Assembly (NCBI GenBank): GCA_028534125.1 | Contig: CM052818.1 | Location: 44,208,001 to 44,272,000, forward strand | Length of the DNA stretch: 64,000 nt | DNA from: Lama glama | Lineage: Eukaryota | Direction of reading: 5' to 3' | Shown: piece after piece, positions 36,990-49,089 of the stretch | Layout of the letters: each line of letters starts with the position of its first letter | Numbering within the stretch: position 1 is the first letter of the stretch | Notes under the pieces: generated by a model | Told to the model about the DNA's origin: nothing | Database searches by the model: none | What the model saw: the letters and a program-made list of their open reading frames with translations, nothing else | Program-made: the position numbers and the translations under genes

Positions 36990-38690
36990 CTCCAGAGAGA
37001 CATGAACTTTTCCTGTACAAAACTGTAGATATTGAGTCTTGTTTGTTACAGAAGTTGGCTTACCCTGAGTAATAGAGAAATTGGCTTTGTAACAAAAACT
37101 GAAGTATGTGGCATTGACTTAGCAATCAAGCAGTAGGCAGCAAGAAAACCAATATCAGAAAATTGAAGAGACTTTTTATTTGGGGAAAAGAACATTTTAC
37201 AAAATTGCTTCCATTGGTAATGTGGAAGGCAGAAAAAATGGCCCCTGGACTTATAGCTCCAGAGGTAGGGAACATAAAACAAGCCAGTGTTGTATATTGG
37301 GTATTGCTAACTGCACTTAGCAAGGGATTGGGGAAAAAAAAAAAAACCTCAAGTTTGGGTGGAAACTGTCTGATTTGAAAGAGAATGGAATGAGATAGAA
37401 ATGTTTTAGAATTTAAAGGTTGGTAAAAACTAGTCTTCTAGACTCAAATCAGTAAGAAAAAGTATGAGAAATGTTTTGAATGACAAACATCTATTAGAAT
37501 GCAGCTCTATGTCAAAAATCAGATTAAAAGTGTGGTTTCCACTCCAGCTCATTATCCCAGATAGATTCAAGGGGGTCTACCAAGTTTACAGAAAGAAGTT
37601 TGTGGACCCAAAAGTAAAGAAATGTATATTTGAAAAATATGTCTAAAAGCTAGCTTCATCTGTGGCTATTAAACTAAGGAAATAACTATAAAGAAAAAGT
37701 TGAGTTGCCTACCAATAAATCAATGCCTTTGACCATTTGAGAGTTCAGACAACTCCAAGCCCCCATGTTGCACGCAGGAAGAGAGCTATGAAAACTGAGC
37801 AGACTCCAGGGAAAAAATATTCAACACCACCTCATTCATGGCCATAAACGAAAAAAAACAGTTAAGGAAGAAACTCCCCCAGGCAGATCAAAATGCCAGG
37901 TGAGCAAAGGACAAGGTGGTTCCCCCAGGGAGCAGAATCAGGTTCTACCAAGGGGACTTCCTGTTTGCCTGGTAGGACAACTTCAGAGGGCTCATCCAGT
38001 GGGGTTTCAGAATTGCTGTGGGTAGTTGATGGATGTGTGTCTCATATTTTTTCCTCTTTACAAGTAACTGTTTTTGCAACTAGCTCTTGACCAGCTATTT
38101 TATTTTGGGTATGAGCTGGACAGGTGACTTTTCTTTAGTTCAGAGGTTGCTAAACCACAAGATGCCACAGTGGCCCCTGAAGAAAAGAACTGTGTGCTAC
38201 CTAGAAATCTTGGACTTGGAGTGGGATATAGTGACTGGATGGGATTTATGTTGCTCATGTCAAGAGAGGTGAGTGTGAAGACAAATGAAATGGGTATTTG
38301 GTGACCAAAGGAGTGAACACTGGCAGACTTTCAGAGCTTGTCAATAGCCATGTCCTCCTCCCCTTTGTGACCATAGACCAAGGCTACATATCCTACCTTC
38401 CCTTGCACTTAGATGCAACAATAAAGATAAGTGATGGCAGTGGAATATTAGAAGTGGCATGTGGCCTTTTTCAGAAAGAGACCCATGAAATAACCTCTCT
38501 GTTCCAACTTTCTCTCTTTCTCCATTAACAGCCTGAACTAGGCAAACTCTATGAGTCTAGAAAGGGGAGAAGCTAAAACTTCCTGGGTCCCAGTGCCTTC
38601 TGCCCTTCAATGTGGTGTAAGGGATACATGGTTTTACTATGTTAAACTGTTGGGGTTGTTTTCATAGCAATTATCTGTCCTAATGTGCCA
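36990..38690 (+). mobile_element. Degenerate MaLR provirus: 5' LTR remnant, MLT1-internal (~37078-38320), 3' LTR (~38320-38690)
   Basis: LTR end tttgttacagaagttggcttaccctgagtaatag, then agaaattgg...tgtaacaaaaactgaagtatgtggcattg (MLT1-int start), gtaatgtggaaggcagaa, internal end ggtgaccaaaggagtgaacactggcagac, then an MLT1H/J-like LTR. Confidence 0.65.
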
Positions 38691-39059
38691 AGAACTGCTG
38701 CTTTCTGTCTGCTAAAAATAGTTTTCCTCTGTTATGCAAAGAGTTGGCATGGATCATCTGGTGATACGGGCAGAAGACAGAGAACATTTTCCCCATGATT
38801 TCTAGGGCCAAGGTACAGGAAAGAGGTAAGGGGATGGAGATGTTCTCATCCCTTTCATTAATTCACTCTGGGTAGAAATTGTGAATCTACAGCCAACATG
38901 TCTTTTTTTAAAATCGGGAGGACAATGAAAAATAAATTTTTTTCTAATTTTATAGGAATATTAAAAATCAAGCCAGCATGATTTCTAAGTTAAAAGGCTT
39001 TAAATGGCACTGATGAAGATATTACATGTGCACCAATCCATCTTAAAATGCAACCCCTC

Positions 39060-39190
39060 TACTGACCTTGACTTCCTGTAATTGAGGGCATTGTCCAGGT
39101 CTGCCAACCCTCACTCTCCTTGTAAGCAGGAAGTGATAGTGTCACGGGTCTCAGGCTCTACCTTCAGAGGGGATTTCCCCAAGGGATTCT
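39060..39190. promoter_or_regulatory. Candidate enhancer core (NF-kB, ETS x2, ERR/NR5A site)
   Basis: TGACCTTGA 39063-39071, ACTTCCTG 39071-39078, CAGGAAGTG 39127-39135, GGGGATTTCCCC 39169-39180. Confidence 0.4.
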
Positions 39191-39499
39191 CAGATCTGGT
39201 CATCTGTCAATGTCCCTTGGTAGCTTAATTGAGCATTCTGCCAGAAACTAGAGAAATGGCCCAAGTAATTACAATCACACCATCTGCCTCTTTTTATCAC
39301 CATCCCACCCCTGATATTGACTAGATATGTAACATGCAGCTGAACTGCTGGGCAGGTGGAACATGAGTGAAAAGTGTGTGATCTGAAATGACTTTCAAAA
39401 ACCAGGTGAAGGAAGGCAAGAGGGTGATAGTGGGTCATGACAGAGTGGCAGGCTGCACTGCACTGTTGTCACCACTGCAGCTGACAGGGCACTGTGTGG

Positions 39500-39730
39500 G
39501 CAGCCACAATGACCGAGGTCGTGAGCAGAATCTATTCGTCTCGGACTCCAAGCGTGGCGTGCACTTGGCGGAGACTGACGCTGAGGGAGGAGTTTATTCT
39601 TCCCCTGAAGACCATCAGTAGCTACAGTGGCAGCCTAGACATCACAATAGCAGACACAGATGCACTGGACGATGCAAGAGGACAGGTTTATACAGTGACA
39701 CAGTGGCCCAAGCAGAAGTTGTGGCTACCC
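39500..39730 (-). mobile_element. Possible ancient LTR fragment (unassigned family)
   Basis: Minus strand shows TATAAA followed ~90 bp later by AATAAA-ctcc, the U3-R layout of an LTR; family not recognised. Confidence 0.3.
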
Positions 39731-40728
39731 CAAAATTGAGGAGCATTCTGTTTCTTCGGTTTTCTTGCTGCATGGCAGTTAGAGACAAGAGTGACTAATC
39801 TCTCCTGGCTGAGTAAGTCCCTAAGTTTCTTGGCAAATTTAGGAAAGAAAGAATTCTCAAGAGGGAAGTGTTTGACTCCCTCATGTGGCACATGAGATCA
39901 TGAACAGATTTTAATTAAAAACGTTTTTTGAAAGATCTTATTTAAATCCCATGTGAGTAAAGTTGGTCATACCTGGTATGCGGAAGTAACTGGCGATAGC
40001 ACAAATTGTAAAGTATTATATTGACGAGCTCTTGTGTATATGACCCATATCACCTTTGTTAAGGAGACAACCAAGGCTCACAAGAGTTAATCGCCTTAGC
40101 CAAGATGTCACATGCAGTCGGTGGCTGGGTGTAAATCGAGTCTTCTGACTCGAGAGGCTTCCCATGGTCCTCTGCACATGCACCTGCTGCCTCTGCATGA
40201 GCCTCTGCCCTGCAGATCAGCTCAGAAACTTAGTTCTCTCTTATCATCAGAGCATTTAGTAGCACCATCTTTTCTATCTTGGGATTATATATTGTTCTGC
40301 TCTGTATTCATATCCTCTGTGGTCTGACAGTTGTATATGCCCTTGTTCCTTGAATATCCCAGGACCCAGCACAATGGACTGACCATGCCTCACATTAGAC
40401 AAAGGACAATAATGTAACTCAGCTACTTAGAGATTACATTTGTCATACAATGGCATGACTCAGTATATTACGTGATCTTTAGAAACTTCTCATATTTCTT
40501 GCAATAGGATGGATTAGATACCATGAATGTCCTCATGCAAAAGCAACTCACACTGATGAAAATGAAGTTTAAAACAGTTTTTAAAGTAATCACGAAGTTG
40601 GCAATAAAGTAAAGAATCCACAGAGGCTAAAAACAGTGTGAAAGAAGAAATCTGGGGAGGTAAGCAAGCACTCAAATTTTCTTTTGCAAAAAGCATTATT
40701 TTGTATTCTTTTTTAAGACGGTCAGTCA

Positions 40729-41238
40729 GGTATGACCTAAAGAGGAGACAGAGGAAAGGCTCAGGGCAAAACAAAGTTTGCTGTACTCAACAGATTCCAG
40801 AGACTGGAGGCACGGCACACCACTCAGAGACACATGGGGAAGCACCAGGGTGGTCAGGAGGCAGAGGACAGGAGTGAGGGGAAGGTTTAGACCAGAAACT
40901 TTATTGGAATTTCCACAGGAAAGATAAGGCAAGGAATGGTGAACAGATAAGGACTGGCTAGTTTGAATAATTTTGGTGGGTTTGGGGCTATAGAGATGAA
41001 CCCTGTTGCTTGGCCCTGGGATGACTAAGGCAGAGGGATGGTGTCTTCTTGGGATGCAAGAACAGAGAGAGGGTTGATTGATTTGCACATCACAAGTATC
41101 CTCCAGCCTGGACCCTTTGCTATCTCTAAGAACTGGCTAATCAAGAGAGGGGCCATCTGTCCCCAACCCTAAAAGTTTTACTTAAGATGTCAAAATATCA
41201 TAATACACAGAAGAAAATTTTTAAATATATTTACAACA
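40729..41238 (-). mobile_element. ERVL solo LTR (MER54/MER74-like)
   Basis: Minus strand starts tgttgtaaatatattt...tattatgatattttgacatcttaa, contains tagccagttcttagagatagcaaagggtcc and AATAAA, and ends ...ttaggtcatac. Confidence 0.75.
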
Positions 41239-41589
41239 CAAGCATAGATGCCAAACCATAGTAATTTGAGCCTCTGTTTTGAGGCAAAAAGTGCCAAGGA
41301 GAGGAGATAAAGCTTAGAGCTCTCCCAGGGCGCACAAATAGGAGCTCTCAATGTAAATATGAAATATTAGATAACTGTGCCTTCCTTTTAGGATGAATGA
41401 TGAATACACATTTTATAGGAGGAGAGGAGCAAGGAAACTTATCTATCTCAATATTGATGTAATACAGAGAAAAACCCTGAAAATTTGTAACCACAGAAAC
41501 ATCCTTCCTTTTAAAAGTATCATCTTCTGCCAATCCCAAACATTTTTTTTTCTTTTCAGATATTGTACTTTTAAGTTTTAGGAGTTTGG

Positions 41590-42430
41590 TACTTTTTTGT
41601 CTTTCTTTGCTCTCTTTATGGTAGTCACATTTTTCTTGTAAATCCTTGAGCATATTTAAAACAACTGTTTTTAAAGTTCTTGTCTGCTGATCCCACCACC
41701 TCTGTCATTGTTGGGTTGTTTCTGTAGTCAAATTTTTCTCCTGATTTGTATTACATTTTTCTCCTCTTTGTATAACTAGATGTTTTTGATTGGATATTGG
41801 TCGTGTAAAGGTTAAATTATTGAGAGCTATAGTTTATTGTCCTCTTCTAAACAGTCTTGGATAGTGTTCTGACAGGTTACTTGCAGCTCATCTTGACATT
41901 TTCAAGGCCTATTTCTGTACTTTCTTGGGCAGTATTGAGTACCCTTTAGTCTAGGACTAGTTTAGTCCTGGTAGCACTACTAGTCTAGGCATGGCCCTTC
42001 CAGGGTCTGTGGTGAATGCCCCAGGTGTTCACTGAGGTCTTTCCACTTGGTCTGGTCAGAACTCTAATGTCTTCCAGCTCTGGGATGGGCTCTGGGAGTT
42101 ATTCAGGTTCCACATGTAGCTTAACATTCAGCAGCACACTCAAGAAGAGCCTTATATGGATTTCTGGAGGTCTTTTTCTACTTAGCTCCCTCCTTTCTAG
42201 TACTATGCCTTGAAAATTACAGCTGCCTCAGCCCCCCTGAATCCTAATGGCCGTCTTCTCAGTCAGCAAGGTTGCTCTCATCTGCCCCCTTTCCCCATCC
42301 CTGCACCGTGTGGCCATGGAGTTTTTGAAAGAACCTCTAGGCAGAAAACAGAGCAGTCCCAACACTTCTCCCCTGTGTCATCCTCCTCTCAGGGACCACA
42401 GTCCCGAGCTGCTCATTGTTCAAGTCTAAA
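41590..42430 (-). mobile_element. Old L1 5'/ORF1-region fragment
   Basis: ttgagcatatttaaaacaactg...ttgtctgctgat...tttagtctaggactag...ggatttctggaggtc, typical of L1M 5' regions. Confidence 0.6.
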
Positions 42431-42495
42431 ACTATTATTTCACAAATGTTATAATGGTTGTGATGCAGAAGTATATAGACTTAAAAGTTATTGGG

Positions 42496-43184
42496 CTAAC
42501 TATGGAAAACAATGCGGAGATTCCTTAAAAAACTAAAAATAAAGTTACCATATGATCCAGCAATCCCACTCCTGGGCATATATCTGAAAAAGATGAAAAC
42601 ACTAATTTGAAAAGATACATGCAACCCAGTGTTCACAGTAGCACTGTGTACAATAGCCAAGACACAGAAGCAACCTAAATGTCCATAGAAGGATGAATGG
42701 ATAAAGAAGATGGATGTGTGTATATATGTATATATTAATCAGCTATAAATAAGAATGAAATAATGCCATTGAAAGCAGCATGGCTGGACCTAGAGATTAT
42801 CACACTAAGTTAAGTAAGTCAGACAGAGAAAGGCAAATATCATATGATATCACTTACATGTGGAGTCTTCAAAAATGACACAAATGAACTTATTTACAAA
42901 ATAGAAACAGACTCACAGATATAGAAAACAAATTGATGTTTACCAAAGGGGAAAGGAGGGAGGGATAAGTTAGGAATTTGGGATTAACAGATACAAATAT
43001 ATACAAAATAGATAAACAACAAGGACCTACTGTATAATACAGGGAACTGTATCCAATATCTTATAGTAACCTATAGCAGAAAAGAATCTGAAAAAGACTA
43101 TATATATGTAGAACTGAATCACTTTGCTATCCACCTGAAACTTTGTAAATCAACTATACTCCAATAAATATTCTAAGTAAAAAT
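42496..43184 (+). mobile_element. 5'-truncated L1 (cetartiodactyl subfamily) with TSD
   Basis: tatggaaaacaatgcggagattccttaaaaaactaaaaataaagttaccatatgatccagcaatcccactcctgggcata through the 3' UTR; TSD AAGTTATTGGG at 42485-42495 and 43185-43195. Confidence 0.93.
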
Positions 43185-43259
43185 AAGTTATTGGGTTATA
43201 CTTAAAATGAATGTGTTCCACTGTATGTGAATTATACCTCAATAACATTGATTTTTAAA

Positions 43260-44260
43260 CACTAGAAATGACAACACAATGCTATCACACCTGCTACTCC
43301 AAGTATCGAGAATTATTTTAAGGGAATAGTTATTATTACATTGTGATAGGTGAGCAGAATAGAATAGGAGAACCCAGAAACGCCGTGTATTGAAATTACC
43401 ATTCTGATAGACGCAGCAGCCAAGATCAGTTAGGAACAAATGTGAACATGACCAGCGCCAGGACAATTGGTTAATCACACCAGGAGAATACTGCATCCCT
43501 GCTTCATTCATATAACAAATATGTAGGTTGATCAAAGACTTAAATATGAAAAATAAAAAGTATAAAATTCTTAGCAGGTGACACAGAAGAGTATCTTTAT
43601 GGTTTAAAGTTAGGGAAGAATTTCAGATACACAAAAAATATAAACAACAGAAACATACTGATAGATTTGACTACATTAAAATTTAAAATCTTCTTTTCAT
43701 CAAAGAATACCATAAAGAGAGGAAACTGACAAGTTAAAAACTATGAAATAATAGCTGTAACATATAACTGAAAAAATATAGACTGCCTGTATACATTTAC
43801 AAACAGGTAAGAAAAAGAACAAAAATACTCCAATAAAATAATCAGAATTTTAAAAAAGAACCTCAGCGAGAATACATGGATGGGGAATAAACATATGAAA
43901 ATATTCAATCTTGTAAATCATCAGGGAAACGCTTAAAACCCAATATAATACCATTTTTCACTTACCAACTTGGCAAAAATTTTAAATACTGTTAATATCA
44001 AGCACTGGCAGTGAGATGTGTAACAAGGACTATTTTATACTAATGGCAGAAGTATAGAATGTTATAACCATATTGAAAAATAATGACATTTTCAAGCAAA
44101 ACTGAAGACCCACAAATGCAACAACCTATCAATCCCCTAGATTCATTGATCTGGAGAAACTCTGACACATGCGCACCAGGAAACACATAGAAAACATAGT
44201 AGCAGTTTCCATATTATTAAATGACTGCAGTAATTTCTGGGATAACTACACCCAATGAGG
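43260..44260 (+). mobile_element. Old L1 (L1ME-type) ORF2 3' region
   Basis: tgatagatttgactacattaaaatttaaaatcttc...catcaaag...aaacatatgaaaa...atcagggaaa. Confidence 0.7.
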
Positions 44261-44939
44261 GTAAAATATAACCATTTAAAAACAAGTTAAGCAATAGGAA
44301 ACCAAAAAAAAAAAACCCAAAACTGAACAAGATACCGTTTGAAGTGATACAAATATTTAACACCTGGTATCGCACAGGCACTGACCAACCAGAACAAATA
44401 CAGATCGTAATCCTGGAGCCTTCTCCTTCTTCTGGAGGAGCGCCGATGTGTCGGGCAGTCATCTTTTATATTCTGGATCATGGAAAAGCCACGAAGGTTT
44501 CAGGATTTTGGCCTGAACACCCAGAGCAGGCGGACCCAAAAGGGGCTTGGGTTAGTGACTGTTTACTAACTGATTGGAAAATACTTTGACATTTTACAAA
44601 TAGGTGTACAAGTGCTTAACAATTAAACATTAGCCATACATATATACATCAGTGAATTAATTACAAAGTGCAGTCAGGGTGTGATGACAGACACAAACAT
44701 CCAGACGGAGGTGATTTGGGGCGTGGGGTGCAGGGGGTCGGCACTGGATGGGGACGAGCACTCACTGAGCTCGGGGAGTGGTGACGTCCTCACGTGTAAG
44801 ACCTAGGTTTGCATTACTGCTGGTCTTTATACATTCCCTCCACATCCTAAAACCATGCATTTATAATTATTCATTATTTAATACAAGCAATAAAAACTGG
44901 TGAAAAAATTTTGAAAATGATACAAGTTAATGATTTCTT

Positions 44940-45460
44940 TCATTTTTTATTCACTTGTTAAAGGTTACGCTCCATTTATAGCTATTACAAAATATTGGCT
45001 ATGCCCTCCATGTTGTACAATACGTCCTTGTAGCCTGTCTCACACCCAGTAGTTGGGACCTCCCCTTCCCCCACCCCGAGGGTGCCCCTCCTCCCTCTCT
45101 CCCCAACAGTAACTGCTAGTTTGTGCTCTATATCTGTGAGGCTGCTGCTTTTTTTGTTGTTGTTATATTGACTAGTTTGTTGGTGGTGGTTTTTTTTTGG
45201 ATTCCACATATAAGTGCTATCATACAGTATTTGTCTTTCTCTGACTTATTTCACTTAGGGTAATGCCCTCCAAGTCCATCTATGTTTCTGCAAATGGCAA
45301 AATTTCATTCTTTTTTGTGGCTGAGTAGTGCATTGTACATACATCTTTATCCATTCATCTATTGACGGACACTTACGTTGCTTCCATATCTTGACATTTG
45401 TAAATAGTGCCGCCAGGAACATTGGAGTGCACGTATCTTTTCGAATTAATGTTTTTCGAT
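44940..45460 (-). mobile_element. L1 3' portion (same subfamily as 22465-23155)
   Basis: aaaggttacgctccatttatagctattacaaaatattggct...gattccacatataagtg...ccctccaagtccatc. Confidence 0.9.
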
Positions 45461-47125
45461 CAAAGTAATTTTTGATTAAGACAGTGTTCCATTTGGTTGA
45501 AGGGACAGATACTGCAAGGCAGATGGAGCAGTAAAATTATTAAAGGAAGAATTGTGGAGAAAAGATGGGATCTGATCCTGGCTACGCACCTTCGTGCAAG
45601 TGACTTAATCACTTCATCAGTCCAGCAGGAATATTAATATCTAACACATAGCCTCTGTGGTAAGCGTTAGTTCAAGTGATGACCTTGAAAATAAGACTTA
45701 AACTACAGGGTAATAATCTTGTTCTGAATTTTTCTGCAGCAAACCTCTCCATTTGCAGATTAAAAGAAATAGAGGAGTGTTTTCCAGGCCTGCACAGCTA
45801 CTAGCAGTGCACTAAGATTTAGTTTTGGAAATATGAAGCAATATAAAACGTATTTCAGAGATGCAGACTGGGTTCCTGACACGTACCTGCTACTACTCAA
45901 CTTTGCATCAATAGTGACAAATCTCTGAATCACAAGCTGGGAATGCCTCCACCTTCCACTGTTTCTCTCTTTCTCCTCTAACTTGTATATCATGCAGAAG
46001 AAGTTGGCCTGTTTTTAAAAAGTACCACATCAAGAAATAAACTACACAGTCAGAAAAATAATGCCATTCCAGGTAAACCTTTCTTTTCAGAAGACGGAGA
46101 CTTAAAATCATGTGTCAGCAATTATCAACAGTAAATTGTCAGAAAGTGGGACTCGTTCAACCAAGTTTATAGTGCAAAACTCTGTTCAAGAGTTTGCTGC
46201 TATTTACTTTGCTTAAATGATTTTCAGAGGGGAAGAAAGCACGCCTGTTCATAAACCATGCTTCTGCTGGAAACCCAGTCTAGAATACTACCTTATCATC
46301 TTTACAACTCTGCAGGTGAGAATTTTATTTCTACTTTCTTTCTTAACTGCTTCTTTAAATCTAGCAGTCGTTTCTGATTGAAGCAGGATGTTTTGACCTT
46401 ACTAATTTCCAATCTGAGTTCATTTTGACCTGCCGTGCTTTCAAAAAGTTAGCTGTCAATATGCCAGATGCCAGATGTGTTTGGCTAATCTTATATCATT
46501 CCAAATATACCTGTTGCACACTGACTCCCAGAGAAGCTTGGAACATTGCAGTTTTCTTCCCCAGCAGATCAACCAACGGTAGTACCTGAATAAAAAATAT
46601 TTTCAAGTTTGCTATTATCCATGCAAACCAGATCCAAAACAGACAGCCTTTGATCTGGATACTAACTAGGAGAGTCCAGAAGTTCTGTCCCAGGAGGTGG
46701 TAACAGCATATGCAGCGCCACCTCAAGGGAGCGCGACACCAGGATAAATAAAGTCCCTTAAAGATGAAAACTTCGTTTTGATGCCAGTAAAGAATTGTGG
46801 CAATGCAGCCATCCTAGAACTGTTTTCAAATTTTTCATGCATTAGCTATGATATGAACATAAATTATTGATCTTTTATCCAGTGTATAACATTCATAGCA
46901 GAAAAAATAAAGTAATACAAAAGGAACAAAACCTCTGTATGATGAGCTTCATTAGCTATTTGAACTGACAGAAGAATAAAATATTCTTGACATAATTTGA
47001 ACTTATATAATGTTACCTAGGAAAATTGAACTTGATCGTAATAATGGCCCTCATATTAAAAAATGCACCTAACGAAAGTTGTAATCTATACTATTTTCTA
47101 GAGATCAGAACTATCAGTGAATTAA

Positions 47126-47625
47126 NNNNNNNNNNNNNNNNNNNNNNNNNNNNNNNNNNNNNNNNNNNNNNNNNNNNNNNNNNNNNNNNNNNNNNNNNNN
47201 NNNNNNNNNNNNNNNNNNNNNNNNNNNNNNNNNNNNNNNNNNNNNNNNNNNNNNNNNNNNNNNNNNNNNNNNNNNNNNNNNNNNNNNNNNNNNNNNNNNN
47301 NNNNNNNNNNNNNNNNNNNNNNNNNNNNNNNNNNNNNNNNNNNNNNNNNNNNNNNNNNNNNNNNNNNNNNNNNNNNNNNNNNNNNNNNNNNNNNNNNNNN
47401 NNNNNNNNNNNNNNNNNNNNNNNNNNNNNNNNNNNNNNNNNNNNNNNNNNNNNNNNNNNNNNNNNNNNNNNNNNNNNNNNNNNNNNNNNNNNNNNNNNNN
47501 NNNNNNNNNNNNNNNNNNNNNNNNNNNNNNNNNNNNNNNNNNNNNNNNNNNNNNNNNNNNNNNNNNNNNNNNNNNNNNNNNNNNNNNNNNNNNNNNNNNN
47601 NNNNNNNNNNNNNNNNNNNNNNNNN
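47126..47625. other. Assembly gap (500 N)
   Basis: Run of exactly 500 N. Confidence 1.
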
Positions 47626-48089
47626 GGGGAGGCCTGCGGCTTGAGCCGAGGCGACTTGCAAATGCAAAACCTGCTCTAAGGAAATGCAGTAACACCTCCC
47701 ATCACATCTTTAACTTCAAGGATAATGGCCAGTTCTCCTTCCAGGGGGCTGATGAGTGCTCACAGGGCCTCAGAGCAACCATTCCTGAGCTCTGAGTGGA
47801 GCTGAGCAAGGAAGGAGAGGAAATGGAACTTTCCTGAGGTTTTCCAGTCACTCAGTTATATATAAGCCTTTATGGGAAATGCTTCTAAACATGGAAAGGA
47901 TGCCAAGGTTTTACGCCTGACATCATTTCCTGTTTTCTACCAGTTTTTGTTTTGTGTTGCTTTAAATCAATCCGGATTTTGTTTTCCAACGTGCTTGGCC
48001 TTTTCTTGACCAACCAGGCAAGCTTGGTAATTAAACAGCAGTAACAACTTGCAGATTTTAAAGCACTGCCTTTCATGGGCCATATTTTG

Positions 48090-48250
48090 TGTGGTCCTTA
48101 TAACAACCATGGGAAGTATGTGTTTTCTCCATTTTCAGATGAGGAAATTGTCATTCAGGAAGTTTCAGCAGCTGGTTCAAGGGCACTTGTTCACCTGACA
48201 GCATGTTATGCTCGAGCCTGGGCCTCTGACTCCAAATCCAGACGCAGGGC
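48090..48250 (-). mobile_element. MIR
   Basis: ccttataacaacc...ccattttcagatgaggaaattg...tctgactccaaatcc. Confidence 0.7.
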
Positions 48251-49089
48251 TCTGTGCTCTGCAGGACGATGCCGCCGATTAGGAGAGCGGGGCCCTGCCC
48301 CCACGCCCTCCTACTGGCTCATCACTTCTTTAAAGATGTGACTTGGTTTGCTTCCATCCCCTGTTCTCCGTTTCAAATGCATCCATCGTTTTGCATTCAG
48401 TCTGTTCCCAGTTTTCTCCCTTAGCCGGTTGGACCATGTGTCAGATGTAATTAACTGACCACATCTCCGCCAACATGCCACCCATCAGTCAGTGAAGAGG
48501 TGTTGCGGGCGCACCACCTGCAAGGCCCAGAGTCGGCAGAGAGAAGCTCAAATCAGAACAATTGATCTGCACTTATGGGGAAATGCTCCTTCCTAGCAGA
48601 CGGAACAACCAGCGTGGCCTCTGCTCCTGTTAGAGCGACTCAGGACAGCAAAGGCAGCATCAGTAAGAAAACCAGCTCAGGACTCTGGGCCAAGGTGCGC
48701 CCCACCAGGCAGGAGAACATCCCTGGACGGACCCGGTCTGGCTGCCACGTTCGTCTCTAGCCCCACTCCGGTCACAGCCAGCCACTAGCAGTGACGCACG
48801 GTGTCCTTCTGCTCCCTTGGCTCAGAACACCCTTGTACTTTATCTTCCTGAATAACACTGTTGCCTCCATCACCCTCGTCTTGACCACCAAAGACTACGT
48901 TAGATGCTGGTTTTCCATCTCATGGTTAATTCCTGCATTTGTTTCCTCATCATGTGGGTCCCTGTCTCTCCCACCATCAAAAATAACCACATTTTACTGA
49001 GATATGAATAGACCACCAACAACTGAAAGACAGGAAAGCTAATGCTATGGTGTACACAACAGATCTGACTTGTTAATAAATAATTGAGC

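Noticed and set aside
37051..37264. Exon-like segment (ttgttacag...GAG/gtaggg)
   Set aside because: Explained by the MLT1 LTR end and MLT1-internal sequence; stops in all frames.
47026..47695. Long ORFs of 181-217 aa
   Set aside because: Artefacts of translating through the N gap.
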